Shown: piece after piece, positions 23,292-35,182 of the stretch
How positions within the stretch are numbered: position 1 is the stretch's first letter
Layout of the letters: each line of letters begins with the position of its first letter
Assembly: GCA_020184695.1 (NCBI GenBank)
Contig: JAANOX010000271.1
Span: forward strand, 186,001 to 250,000
Source: Histomonas meleagridis 2922-C6/04-290x
Taxonomy: Eukaryota > Protista > Parabasalia
DNA: 64,000 bases
Direction of reading: 5' to 3'
Translations under genes and position numbers: made by a program
Notes under the pieces: generated by a model
Told to the model about the DNA's origin: nothing
The model's input: only the letters and a program-made list of their open reading frames with translations
Databases searched by the model: none

Positions 23292-24002
23292 TTATTTTCC
23301 GGTCCAAGCACTGTAATTTGTTTCCATGATGCTTAGAGCTTTCATTATATTTGTTCTTTGTTCATCATCCATTTCATCAATCGGAATTTGTTTGATCTTA
23401 TCAATTTCATTTTTTAGTAGCTCAATTGCCTTTTCTCTCTCTTGCATATGTTGATGCTCGAATACCGCAAAATTCATAACAGTCTCCATGCATAATGAGT
23501 CGTATGAATGCAGGGATTGTTCGCATGTTTCCATTGCTTGAGCGTACAATTCCTTTGATTTTTTGATATTTTGTTGAACAGAATCAGCTGGACTGCATTC
23601 GGAAAGATATCTGTAAGCATCAGCTTTCGTTTTCTGTAAAAATGCAATTGATCTTGGGGAAGTAGCGGCTTTAAAAAGATTGTTGTCAATAATGTCACAA
23701 AATTTTTCGACCAGATCTACAAATTTTTCATATGTTTTCTGTAAATGTGTTTGTAATAACATACATTTTTGACGATGTTTTGCTTTGAATTCAACTTTCT
23801 GTGAATGTTTTAATGTTTTCATTGTTTGACGAAGAGAATCAAAACAATCTTTATAGATTGAAAAAAACAAGTTTAATTCAGATTCATCAAAATCAGGATA
23901 ACGAAACGCAAGCTTATTGATGCATTCGATTGCATCATCTTGTCTAAAAATTTCATGGTATAGCCGTGCTATGAAAGAAATATCTTTTCTTTCTTGATCC
24001 AT
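23292..24002 (-). CDS. Divergent 14-3-3 protein
   Basis: IYKDCFDSLR (K49/R56 equivalents), KADAYRYLSE (R127/Y128 equivalents), MNFAVFE, METNYSAW. Confidence 0.85.
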   Translation of the reverse strand: MDQERKDISFIARLYHEIFRQDDAIECINKLAFRYPDFDESELNLFFSIYKDCFDSLRQTMKTLKHSQKVEFKAKHRQKCMLLQTHLQKTYEKFVDLVEKFCDIIDNNLFKAATSPRSIAFLQKTKADAYRYLSECSPADSVQQNIKKSKELYAQAMETCEQSLHSYDSLCMETVMNFAVFEHQHMQEREKAIELLKNEIDKIKQIPIDEMDDEQRTNIMKALSIMETNYSAWTGK

Positions 24003-24195
24003 TGAAACAACGATCAAAATTCATTCTATTTCCCTCTTTTTGAATACTTCGATGGTCACCTCACATTTCCTTGCAAATGGTATTGAAAATGAATGGCGCC
24101 AATGATTGGGGAAGGAACGTTTAAGTATCGGTTTTTGTATCGTCGTTTTATTGTTTTGTCGTAAAACTCTGATTTGCAAATCGAACGTTATTGTT

Positions 24196-26271
24196 ATGCT
24201 TTTCCTCCTTTTTTGTATTGCAGTACCATTATCAAGAAATTCACTCACAGAGGAGACAAGAGCTAACACTGAATTTAAAGTCCATAAAGAAGGAAAAATT
24301 TCACAGAAACAATATGAAGAGATTAATTCCCAAAAAGAAATCATGAAAGAACTTGAAGACAAAATAAATACCAATAAAAGCGAAAAGAGGCCAAAAATTT
24401 CCGGTATAAAAAAAGAAAACTCAATTCAAAAGGAAGATATTATTCCTAATAAAAAATTGACTTTATTACAAAATGGAGGTGCATACATTTATAACAAGAA
24501 GAAAGATATTGGCCCACCATTTCCTAATGATTTTAATAATCCAAAAAGAACTCAAAAACAAAATGATTTAAATTTTGACGATGAAAAGAAGAAAGGAAAT
24601 AATTTGGAATTCGATGACTTTGTGTTTGACACGGCGGGAAATGAAAAGAAAAAGAAAAAAGATCTAGATGATATTAAATTTGATGATTCTATATTTGATC
24701 TTGACAAAGGTAAAACATCGAAAAGAAAAAAAGAATTTTCGGACGATTTTCAATTTGATGATTTTATGTTTGATGACAATAAGAAAAAATTAAAGAAAGA
24801 TTCTGATGATTTCAAACTTGATGATTTTATGGATGAAAAGAAGACACAAAAAGCAGACAAAGATAAAAAAGGAGATTTAGGTGACTTCGAATTTGATGAT
24901 TTTATGTTTGATAACAATAAGAAAAAAGGTAAAAAATTAGGTAATGAAAAGAAAGATTCCGATGATTTTAAACTTGACGACTTTATTTTCGATGATAAGA
25001 AATCGAATAAAAAGAAGAAAGATGACTTAGATGACTTTAAATTTGATGATTTTATGTTTGATGAAATAAAGAAGAACAAAACGAATAAAGATAAGAAGAA
25101 AGATGATGTAATATATGATAAGAAAATAGATAGTGATAAAACAGTTAATAAGAAAAAGAAAGATGAAATCGATTTTGATTTTAGTGATTTTATGTTTGAT
25201 GAAATAAAGAAGAACAAAACGAATAAAGATAAGAAAAAAGATGATGTAATATATGATAAGAAAATAGATAGTGATAAAACAGTTAATAAGAAAAAGAAAG
25301 ATGACTTCGATTTTGATTTTGATAATTTTATGTTTGACGATATGAAGAAGAACAAAACGAATAAAGATAAGAAAAAAGATGATGTAATATATGACGAGAA
25401 AACAAATAAAGATCAAACAATTAATAAGAAAAAGAAAGATGACTTCGATTTTGATTTTGATGATTTTATGTTTGATAAGAAAAAGGATAAAACACAAAAA
25501 ACAGATGACACCAAAAAGAAAGGCGACATTGACGATTTTATATTTGATGCTGAAAATAAAAAGAACAAAACTATTGATGAAAATAAAACGAGTAACACCA
25601 AAAAGAAAGAAGAAATTGATGATGGTAAAACGAAATCTGATTTTGACGACGATACGATATCTGAAGCGACAGAAATTATATCTGACAAAGAACACAAAAT
25701 AAACAATGATTCGAATTTCCCAATTATTGAATCAGTCGAGAAGTCGATGTTTAGTAACTCCGCGATCATAAAGTTCAAAAACGATTTTCAACATCTTCCA
25801 AACACTGGACTTTGTAAGTTTGGTAATTTTACCATTATCCAAGCAAAGGCATTAGATATCGAAAGTAAAACACTTGAGTGTAAAGTTCCATATACGCTTA
25901 AAATAGATGAAGAATTCATATCGATTTCATTGGATGGTAAAACTTGGTCGAACGAATTTCATTTCGATAATAAGAAAATCGTTGATGTTAATCATTACGT
26001 ACAATTGTTTGATAACGTGAAGCCATATTTGCCATTGATTTTGGTGGGTTATGTTTTGTTCTTCTTGTCGTCTTTGATATTAAGAAGTTGTTGCTATAAA
26101 TGGTTCAAATGTTGTTGTTGCTGCTGCAGAAGTCCAGAGGAAAAAATTTCAAGCTTCAAACCATCTGTAAATAGCTTGAAAACTAATAAAAATAAAAATA
26201 TAGAAGAAGGATTCGATGTCCATTTCGAACCAATGCCGGATGAAGAGGATGTGGATACAAAAGAAGATTAA
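24196..26271 (+). CDS. Type I membrane protein with D/F/K-rich repeats, IPT/TIG-like domain, TM and Cys-rich juxtamembrane tail
   Basis: Signal MLFLLFCIAVP, repeats DDFxFDDFMFD-KKNK, CKFG...LECKVP...ISLDG, TM LPLILVGYVLFFLSSLIL, CCCCC. Confidence 0.75.
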   Translation: MLFLLFCIAVPLSRNSLTEETRANTEFKVHKEGKISQKQYEEINSQKEIMKELEDKINTNKSEKRPKISGIKKENSIQKEDIIPNKKLTLLQNGGAYIYNKKKDIGPPFPNDFNNPKRTQKQNDLNFDDEKKKGNNLEFDDFVFDTAGNEKKKKKDLDDIKFDDSIFDLDKGKTSKRKKEFSDDFQFDDFMFDDNKKKLKKDSDDFKLDDFMDEKKTQKADKDKKGDLGDFEFDDFMFDNNKKKGKKLGNEKKDSDDFKLDDFIFDDKKSNKKKKDDLDDFKFDDFMFDEIKKNKTNKDKKKDDVIYDKKIDSDKTVNKKKKDEIDFDFSDFMFDEIKKNKTNKDKKKDDVIYDKKIDSDKTVNKKKKDDFDFDFDNFMFDDMKKNKTNKDKKKDDVIYDEKTNKDQTINKKKKDDFDFDFDDFMFDKKKDKTQKTDDTKKKGDIDDFIFDAENKKNKTIDENKTSNTKKKEEIDDGKTKSDFDDDTISEATEIISDKEHKINNDSNFPIIESVEKSMFSNSAIIKFKNDFQHLPNTGLCKFGNFTIIQAKALDIESKTLECKVPYTLKIDEEFISISLDGKTWSNEFHFDNKKIVDVNHYVQLFDNVKPYLPLILVGYVLFFLSSLILRSCCYKWFKCCCCCCRSPEEKISSFKPSVNSLKTNKNKNIEEGFDVHFEPMPDEEDVDTKED
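24600..25560 (+). repeat. Coding tandem repeats alternating FDDF acidic/aromatic and poly-Lys blocks (including ~120-bp near-identical units)
   Basis: Units such as GATTTTATGTTTGATGAAATAAAGAAGAACAAAACGAATAAAGATAAG recur at ~25048, ~25187 and ~25325. Confidence 0.85.
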
Positions 26272-26889
26272 GTTAAATGTTTATGTTTCGTTAGCATATG
26301 GATAAATGAATATATTAAAATTTAAAATACGTAAATATATTTTTTATAATTATGTAGATGTTTATAACATTTAGAAGCTTCAATAATTAAAAAGAGCATT
26401 TTTAATGACATTCGATTGGGAATGAAAAATACCAAATTAATCAAATGAAATTTATCGTGAATTTTGCCTGAAATTTATCGTTAATTTTGCCTGAAAAAAA
26501 ATCAAATTTCAATGAAATAACCGCTAAGATCTTTCAATTACTATAAAACACGAGCTTAATATCAAGATATAGGGACTATATTAGGAATTTATTCAATGCA
26601 TTTGATTTCTAACAAGGTGTATCCCATAGTTTTTGGAAAAAGCTTTTCGGTCAGTAAATAAATTTTTTGGAACATCTTTATGTGGTTTTTTCGGCTTCTG
26701 AAAAGTGACGGGATGGCCCGTAAAAATTTTCCTTTTTTGATAGGGGTTTATGTAAAGTGTTCAAATGTATTCAATTTAATTTTTGTTAACTCAGCCAATT
26801 TTATTTCAATTATTCAGAGGCTGGTGATACTGGCCCATTTTTGCACAATAATTTTGAAAAACAGACCAACAATTCCAATTCAATTAGAA

Positions 26890-27921
26890 ATGCCAAAGCA
26901 CTACCTGCGTGTGTTATACCTCATTCTATTTTTAATGGGGCTTTGGAATTTCAATTCTATGTTAAAATTGAATTATAACATTACATATACGACAATAAAA
27001 ATCAAAACACATAAAAACGTAACTGGCTACATAAATAAAATACTATTTCTCATCATCACAATGCCAAAAAGTAACAAACCAAAAGAGATGTCTCGTTACT
27101 TTGTCAATGATTTAAATCAAATGCATGGTTATAAAGCTATATATCTTGATTGGCGTAGTGTTAATAAGACAACTCAAACGAATAAAGACGACATATTAAA
27201 TCTTAAAGTACCACAACAATACGCAATAATAGCATCTAAAATTATACCACATGGAGAATACAATCGGAAAAGTATTGATATTTTTAGAAAATCATATTTT
27301 GGACTTTCATATTTTTATTATGAAACAAACTATCGATGGGTTCATCGAAGTACTGATGATAATACAATTAATTTAGAGCGCTTAGAATCATTTTATAAAT
27401 CAATAGAAGAAGAATATGATCCTTTAAAAGAACCAGTTGTTCTTGGTTGTTGTGTTAAACATCCAAAAACATTAGGATTTCTTCAAGGCGGAGTCGGATA
27501 TCTTTATTCACGGAAAGCAGTAGAATTAATGCTTCCAATATATGAAAATATAATATTTAATTGTAAACTTCCTGAGGATGTTTGTCATGATGAGTTTTTA
27601 AAGAAGTTAAATATTACTATGATCGATGCAACATCTTTAAGTTTTTTGGGCCATCCATTTCGACAAGAAGATTTAGAGAGAATAGAAAAAAATAATTTTA
27701 GTGATATACAAACTTGTCCTAAAGTAGAATACCCTAAAAATTTATATCATTGCGGTGTGTTTAATGGTCCACTTAATAATGTGGTTTTCTTACATCATCA
27801 TGTTGAAGGCGGTATCAATGAAATTATAAAAACATCGAAACAAATTTTTGCTGTTAAGGATGATAATGTTCATTTTTATTTTGAAAATTTAAAGCATCCT
27901 GAATTATGCAAACCTCAGTAA
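26890..27921 (+). CDS. GT31-family (fringe/beta-1,3-galactosyltransferase-like) glycosyltransferase
   Basis: Type II TM at the N-terminus, STDD (DxD-like), FLQGGVGYLYSR, PEDV. Confidence 0.75.
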   Translation: MPKHYLRVLYLILFLMGLWNFNSMLKLNYNITYTTIKIKTHKNVTGYINKILFLIITMPKSNKPKEMSRYFVNDLNQMHGYKAIYLDWRSVNKTTQTNKDDILNLKVPQQYAIIASKIIPHGEYNRKSIDIFRKSYFGLSYFYYETNYRWVHRSTDDNTINLERLESFYKSIEEEYDPLKEPVVLGCCVKHPKTLGFLQGGVGYLYSRKAVELMLPIYENIIFNCKLPEDVCHDEFLKKLNITMIDATSLSFLGHPFRQEDLERIEKNNFSDIQTCPKVEYPKNLYHCGVFNGPLNNVVFLHHHVEGGINEIIKTSKQIFAVKDDNVHFYFENLKHPELCKPQ

Positions 27922-28466
27922 TAATAAACATGTATATAATACTTATATTTGTTTTGATAAATACTAAGTTAAAAATAAAATTATGATTTTTTATTTTCTG
28001 TTGAGAATTTATGTTATTTTGATTCTTATAATATTTTTAGTGTTTAAGATCTAAGTAATATTACTTGGAATAAGAAGTTTCCAAAATTGCGAAGAATAAC
28101 AGCATACAATTAATTTTTTATGTCTTTACAAAAACATTTTTTATATTATTTGCTTTTTATTAAAATATATTATAAGAATATGAAGATTTTATTATGTGAA
28201 ACGAAAATTGATTCAGTAAAATTTGATTATGAAAATAATGAGTTCGATGAAAAAATAACATCGACCTTAACATTTGTATCTTTGCGTCCCCATTAAATTA
28301 CACTTATGAACAAGCTTCGGCATCATCGAAATTTGTCATTTGACTACCTTATTTTTTCAAAGCAAATTCTTAACTTTATTTTTCCGTTACGAATTTTTTG
28401 AAATAGTCATAACCGCTAAATTAAGTCACCTTGACAAAAATAAAATAATCATCTCGATATACAAAA

Positions 28467-31400
28467 ATGAGTTCCAATAACAATAAAAAAGAATCAGCAT
28501 GCACAGGAAATTCATCAGATCAAAAAGATATCATCGCAAAGGCGAAATCTCCCAATATGCAAGTTCTATATGATCTGGAACAAATCATATTTGATTTAAC
28601 AGAAGAAAATTTGGATGTCTCAATAGAGCAAGTACTAAAATTTGTAGATTCAAATACAGTATATTCATTAAATTCTATTATATGTAATTTAATATATTCT
28701 TCATTTATTTCACAAAAAAATAAAGGTTTACTATACATAAATTTTATAAAAATACTCCAAACAAAGGAAGAGGAAATAAATAGCAGTGAAAAGACCATTG
28801 ATATTTTAAGTAAATATTTGTTAGGAATCAACTCACATGAATCTTGGTGGTTAATTAATCAGTTAATTGAGCAGAAATTAATTGATTCAAATATTACAAA
28901 TAAAATTCGATCAAAATATTTTGCACATTATAAAACAGAAGAAGAAAATAAAACAGATTATTATAGCGATTCATTTAGTGGATATTTTAAAGAAAATTAT
29001 GATAAACTTATAGCTAATGATTATGAACTTCATAAGAAATATATTGCAGAAGGAATTAATGTATCAGAAATCTCAAATATAATACGAAATGATAATGTAG
29101 AAAAACTTCAAGAAATATCTTCACAAACTAATTTTGATTATAATCAGGCAATTCAACCATCTTTATATGAAACATGTTCATTCATTAACAAATGGAAGGT
29201 TTCATTGGTTGATTATGCTGCATTTTTTGGATCGATAAAATGTTTTAAATATTTATTATTAAATAACGCTAAATTAGATAATACTGGTAAATATGCAGTT
29301 GCAGGAGGAAACATTGAAATTGTTCATTTATGTGAACAAAATCATGTTAAATTTGATAATGCATATGAACCAGCAATTATGTTTCATAGAAATGACATTT
29401 TCAAATATATTTATGAAAATAAATTAGAAATAATCGATGAAGATGTTAAAATACAACATGAACAATATGATAATGATATGAATTTTCTAGGATTTAGAGG
29501 AAGTGTCGCCAAGTACCATACAATTCCTCTTACAAAATTATTTCCAAAAAAGTATAATCATTTATGGGTAGTTTGTAATAATTATGGTAATTATGAAATT
29601 CTCTCATTTTTGGAAGAAGAAGTTATGCAAATTGATAAATATATTATCAATGAAGCAGCTAAAATCGGAAACTTATATCTTGTGAAACATTATCTTCAAA
29701 AATATTCAATTCCAAACGATATTTTAATTTTTGCATCAGAATCAGGTAATTTTGAACTTGTAAAATATATTCTTGATCAAACGGGATATAACATTAAAAA
29801 TATTAACAAAAAAGATGTTCAATTATTTAATATAGATTTTATTTCATTAATATAATTTTTTAATTAAATATATGAAAATTATTTAAATTATTATATTCAG
29901 CACTTATGATTGCATCAATAAACAATTATAAAGAAATAGTAAAGTTACTTCTTGAACATAATGAAATTTATATCAACGATCGAAATATTTATTTTTCATT
30001 TATAGATTTTGTTTTATTTATGTAATGTTTCAATATTATATTTAGAATTCTATAAAATTATTGAGTACAGCACTTATTTTAGCATCACAATATAATAATT
30101 ATGAAGTAGTCAAATTACTTCTTGGAGAAAAAGGAATTGATGTTAATACACAAGATGTTTACTTTTTACGTTTAACTTTTATTTTAACTATTTCAAATTT
30201 TTATATAATTTTTGATTATATAAAATATTTTTTTCAGCCCTTTTGATAGCAGCTAGAAATAGGTGTACAGAAGCTGCTAAATTACTTCTTGAGCATAAAG
30301 ATATTAATATTAATGCTTCAAATGCTTATTTTGTTCAATTGGAGTATCTTTTTCAATTTCGGTGTTTTTTATGCAGTGTTTGCGTTTGTTTTGTTTATTT
30401 TGGTCACCACTTATTTTGGCAGCTCAAAGCGGTGCTACAGAAATTGTTAAATTACTTCTTGAAAGAAAAGAGATTAATGTTAATTATCGGAATATTATTT
30501 CTTTTTGCTTAAAATTTATTAAAATTATTTGGAATTTTTAAATTTAATTTGGAATTTATTTGTAATATTTAGTACAGCACTTTTATGGGCATGTGAAAAT
30601 GATCATGCTGATATTGTTAAATTGCTTCTTGAAAGAAAGGAAATTAATGTTTTTACTCCAACTGTTTATATGCTTTATATAATATTATTACAAAATATAA
30701 AGAATTTTGATTAAATATTTGGAAACTATTTAAATAATTTAATTCACCACTTGATAAAGCAAGAGCTAATGGTAATGAAGAAATAGTGAAATTACTTGAG
30801 CAACGCATAAATGAATTGAGAGAACAAAATATTTTCTTAAATGATTTCGTATTTATTAAAATCATTTATAGTTTATTAACTTATTAGCCTGTTCCATATA
30901 GATATCAACCAGAATATTACCAATTTGGAAATAGAATTACTGCTTCACCAAAAGGTTTAAGCGGACCATTCTCTGAAAGCAATGAACAACCAAAACTTAT
31001 TGGTATTGCGAAAGAAGAAAATAAACCAAAAACTGTACAAGACAATAATGAACAAATAAAACTACTTCTGGGAAAAGAAACTAATCAGCAAAAAATTTCA
31101 TTAAATAATGAAGAAACAAAATCTCCGAATGCTGTGAAAGAAGATAATCAACATAAAATAGAAATGAATAACGAGCAGCCAAAATTTATAATTGAAAGAG
31201 AAATAAATCAAACGAAAATTATTCAAGACAAAAACGAACAAACAAAACCACTTGTGGAAAGAGAAACCAACCAACAAAAGATGATACAAAACAATAGTGA
31301 ACAATTAAAATTTTCTAATGATATGAATGAAGAAAATCAACAAAAAATTGTGGAGAATAAACATCTAAAATTATGCCTTGGTGTAGAAATCTTCCAAAAA

Positions 31401-31730
31401 AAAGGTAAGTTTTATAATGAACAAGTAAAATTATGTATTGGTGGTGAAGAAGCCTTTCAAAGAATTGACAAATTATATAATGAACAAGTAAAATTATGTA
31501 TTGGTGGTGAAGAGGTTTTTCAAATAATTGAGCAAACAATTCATGAACAATCAAAACCTATTGCTGGAAAAAAGCAAAAAGAAACAATACATAAAACTTC
31601 GAATAAGCAGAAAATTGACATTAGTACTCAAACGGAAGGCATTCAATCTAAAAAGAAAAGGAAAATCTTAAGGAATAATCCACAAGAAACTTCACAACTT
31701 CGCAACATTTACAACCCATTTTTCTTTTAG
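28467..31730 (+). CDS. ANK locus A: DUF3447-like + ankyrin repeats + low-complexity tail; one ORF only after removal of 27 17-nt spacers
   Basis: Open 28467-29816, five 90-nt stop-free ANK modules plus an 87-nt last module. Linkers decode to RNEY, RNRS, NQD, GGCW, KGGS, NRGN and RI, and the frame then runs into ORF 31134-31730. The joined model is inferred. Confidence 0.75.
29817..30887 (+). other. Array of 17-nt non-canonical spacers flanking single-codon micro-exons (locus A)
   Basis: Linkers 29817-29896, 29987-30066, 30157-30233, 30324-30403, 30494-30573, 30664-30743 and 30831-30887 all parse as n x 17 nt plus whole codons. Confidence 0.85.
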
Positions 31731-31965
31731 AACTTGCATAAGTTTAATTTAAAAAATGCGGTATAGAGGCATAAACAACTCGGATTATAATAAATAAAGA
31801 TAAACGTTTTGGTTATAAAAATAATTTCTTTACAAAGGACAGTTTATTTGATGTTTTTTAAGTTGACAAAAAACATCACGAAAACTTTTTATTAAGTAAT
31901 TTAATTAACATTTTCATAAGCATAATTCGGCTTTGATTAAAGGAAAAAAATCACTTTAAATACAT

Positions 31966-32679
31966 TTACAAATTTTCTTTCTGTGAAGCAATAAAACTCT
32001 TTATCTGAGGAAGCATTTTTTGGGTTGGGTTATCAGGATAGTAATCCTTTTCTTTTCCAATATTTTCAATATTTACCCATCGGACTTTACATATTTCAAG
32101 TGGTGAAGGCGTTTCAAGCTTAGTATCATCAGGGATACCCAGAACATGAAACATGTGTACTATGGATCCTTTTTCTCTGGAATATGTAAAAGTAAGATCG
32201 TCATTAATTAATCCAGATACATCAATACCAGTTTCTTCAAGAACTTCACGTGCAGCTACTTCAATATATGACTCACCTTCTACCATTTTCCCTTTCGGAA
32301 ACGAAAAAAAATTTGGTTTGATCGCATGATGAACAACAATGACACGTGTAAGTGAAGAATTATATAAAATACATCCAGCTGCGTTAGAAGAAAATCTATG
32401 GTTTTCATGGATTTTAATTAATGAGTCTATTTCTGGAACAAGATTTGAAAATTCTGGAATTTTTTTTAAAAAGATTTTAGCAAAGTTTTTAAATGCTTTA
32501 GGTGAAGCCCTTTGATGGATCATATAATCATGATAATAATAAAATGCATTTTCAAGGAGAATACAAAAATCAAGAGGAGTTGATAGCATTTCTTGTGGTG
32601 CATTTAGGAAGAACCTTGCAAATAATTCTTCTGCATGAGCTGTGCTTAATGTTCTTGGCTTTTGACAATGAGTTTCCAT
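31966..32679 (-). CDS. DCP2: mRNA decapping enzyme (Nudix hydrolase with Box A)
   Basis: Box A EELFARFFLNAP..ENAFYYYHD; Nudix box FPKGKMVEGESYIEVAAREVLEETG. Confidence 0.85.
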   Translation of the reverse strand: METHCQKPRTLSTAHAEELFARFFLNAPQEMLSTPLDFCILLENAFYYYHDYMIHQRASPKAFKNFAKIFLKKIPEFSNLVPEIDSLIKIHENHRFSSNAAGCILYNSSLTRVIVVHHAIKPNFFSFPKGKMVEGESYIEVAAREVLEETGIDVSGLINDDLTFTYSREKGSIVHMFHVLGIPDDTKLETPSPLEICKVRWVNIENIGKEKDYYPDNPTQKMLPQIKSFIASQKENL

Positions 32680-32995
32680 TTGCAAAACTATGGATATATT
32701 TTAACGTTCAAATCCACGACACTTTTTTCAAATCATTTTTTCTATTTCCGATAGAGCACTTTTCGAGCATATTTAACGTACTCCCATGCATTTCTATAAA
32801 GTTTACAAAAAACTATTAATGTCACTCGAGATATTAAGAAATTTCTTCAACTGATCTACACATTTCCACTTTTATCAATGAAAAAAATGTTGTTAACAGA
32901 TCTCTTAACAAACTCATTTTAATTAAAAAAAAAAAAAAATCGAAAAACTTTCTATTTCCAAAATAATATTCAATCTTAAAAATAAATGTGATTAA

Positions 32996-34426
32996 TTAAT
33001 AATATTTATCCATTGCAGCTTTCATTTCTTCCAAATACGTTGATTCTTCTAAATATTTCTTCGTTCTTTCGAACAATGGCGGTAATCCTTTTTCTTTTTC
33101 AGTTAGAGGTATCTTAAATGATTTATGCATTGGTAAGAAAGCCCATTTTCCATTATCCATCTTCCATAACACGGACATCATGACTGCACATCCCGAACCT
33201 TTTTCTCTTACCGTGAAATTCATATATTCGAACAATTCCATATCATATAATTTGAAGAATCCTCCTTTTTTCATTGGGAACTCCATGTTATTGTATTGTG
33301 CGACACCGACCATTAAATATCTTATAAATGGCGGAAGTTTACCTAATTTTATCTCAATGTAGATCTTACCAATATCAACCAAATGATTAAATCTCTTATC
33401 ATAGTCTATTTTCCTTTCAATAGTTCCATCTAAAGCAGAATCATAATTATTACAAACTCTTCCTCTTGGTTAGAATTTATCATCATATGCTTCAACACCT
33501 AAATCAAGTGGGCAACCGGATATAGATTGATAATCACCAAATAAAATGATATTTTCAGGCTCCTTTCGATTATGATGCAATGCTGCATGTTCAATAGTGA
33601 TAGCTTGATTTACATTTAGTTCTAAGCGATGGAAAAGTTTTCTATTACATATTTCGGGCTTTAATACTTGCGCTTTGAGTGCATCGCCAAATACAAACAA
33701 GTTATTGAATTGTGAATAAGTTATACTATCTCCATGACGCGCTACATTAATGTTACCTAGTCTAGCTTTGTTAGTTGGATTTGAAGCGCTGTCTGATACA
33801 TGAAGATAATATTGACTACTTTTTATGTCCTTGCCATTAAATTGGAAAACATCTTGGAATAAGATCATTGGCGAACTATTACCGATGGCATCAAATGAAA
33901 GACATTTTAATGTTACTACTCCACAATAATTATCAAGAATTTCAACAACAGGTACATAATAAAATTGAATGTCTGTGCAAAAATGTGTTTGAATAGTATT
34001 CGCATTAAATGTTAAAAATGGTGTATATCCAGTTGGCGATATTTGGGAAATAGGAAACTTGACTTTAATGCCAAAGTTATCATTGTTACAATCTCTTGGA
34101 ACACGACGTGCACAACCTCCATCTTCTCTATCGAAAACATAAAATGAAAGCGTACTATTGACATATCCAGGTGGTAATGGGGGATTGAACTCAAGAAATG
34201 TAATAGTGTGCTTAAAATACTTTTCTATATCAAAGCAACTAGGAAATTGTGATAAAATGTCTGGTGTAATCTGAATATTGATCGATGGATTACCTTTTGT
34301 GGCTTTTTTGCTTTGAAATGGTACGGACATTATTTGATTGAAGGCTACTGGTGATTTTAAGAAATTGATTTTGATTTTGCCAAGGTAATCATCAGATCCA
34401 ATATGAAAAGTGATGCGATTTTCCAT
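32996..34426 (-). CDS. Hypothetical protein; two same-frame ORFs separated by one TAA (33472-33470)
   Basis: After DDKF* the frame stays open (PRGRVCNNYDSALDG...) into ORF 33382-32996, which lacks its own ATG start. Confidence 0.55.
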
Positions 34427-34577
34427 CGTAATTGGAAATTTGTATGAACGTTACATTCAAATTGATCAATATAAACTATTCAATCTATCTCTTCAAATTA
34501 GAACTTTCTTTCTTAGTCAAACTTGGGTTAAGACCCCCGCAACAATATATTCAAAAAGTGAGGGCGCCGTTTATTTA

Positions 34578-34593
34578 AGAACGATAAACGATA
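34578..34593 (+). promoter_or_regulatory. Tandem Myb-recognition-like elements (AGAACGATA / TAAACGATA)
   Basis: Matches the trichomonad MRE-1-type core AACGATA twice, about 150 nt upstream of the 34426 start. Confidence 0.4.
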
Positions 34594-35182
34594 GGAGCTA
34601 AAATAAAAATGTCGTCACCGTCAAAAAAATTCTCACAGTTCGAACCATTGAATTTTTAAAAAGGAGCTTGTTATAACGAATGAAATAGAAAAACACGCAC
34701 ATCTTTGAAACATTAAATTATTAAAATAAAATTTAAATTAGACAAATAAATACCTTTAGTATTAAATCTTTCTTCTTTGAAGTAATTTAACTACCTTTAT
34801 ATAACCTTCTCTAGATGCAATCATAGAATATAACAAAAAGTTATTATATTTTCATCAAATAAATTCATAATTTCTTGAACTGATAAATCAATATTATCAT
34901 CACTTAAATTATAATTAATTTTCTCTGATGATAAGATTAAGATTGAATATGTTCACCCTAATATCTCCTTGATTGGAGATCGCCATCGTCATATATCTTT
35001 GCGCAATATTATGAGTCTGAATACTTTTACCACATTTTATGAATATAATTTTACATAAACTTTATGTGTTAAATCTTTGATTTATTTTGTAATGAATATG
35101 TAAAAATTTATATTACAAATTTTCTGTTTCTTCACAAGAAACTTTTTTAGTATTTAAATTAAAATTTTAGTTTTCATTTTAT

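Noticed and set aside
29817-29896. Programmed -1 frameshifting through the 80-nt linkers
   Set aside because: This linker has a stop in the upstream frame (nt 37-39) and stops in the downstream frame at nt 45-47 and 57-59, so no single-shift path exists. The 63-nt linkers need no shift at all.
30849-30887. Single canonical 39-nt GT-AG intron
   Set aside because: Possible, but the 3x17 parse starting at 30831 matches the register of all other junctions. Kept only as an alternative.
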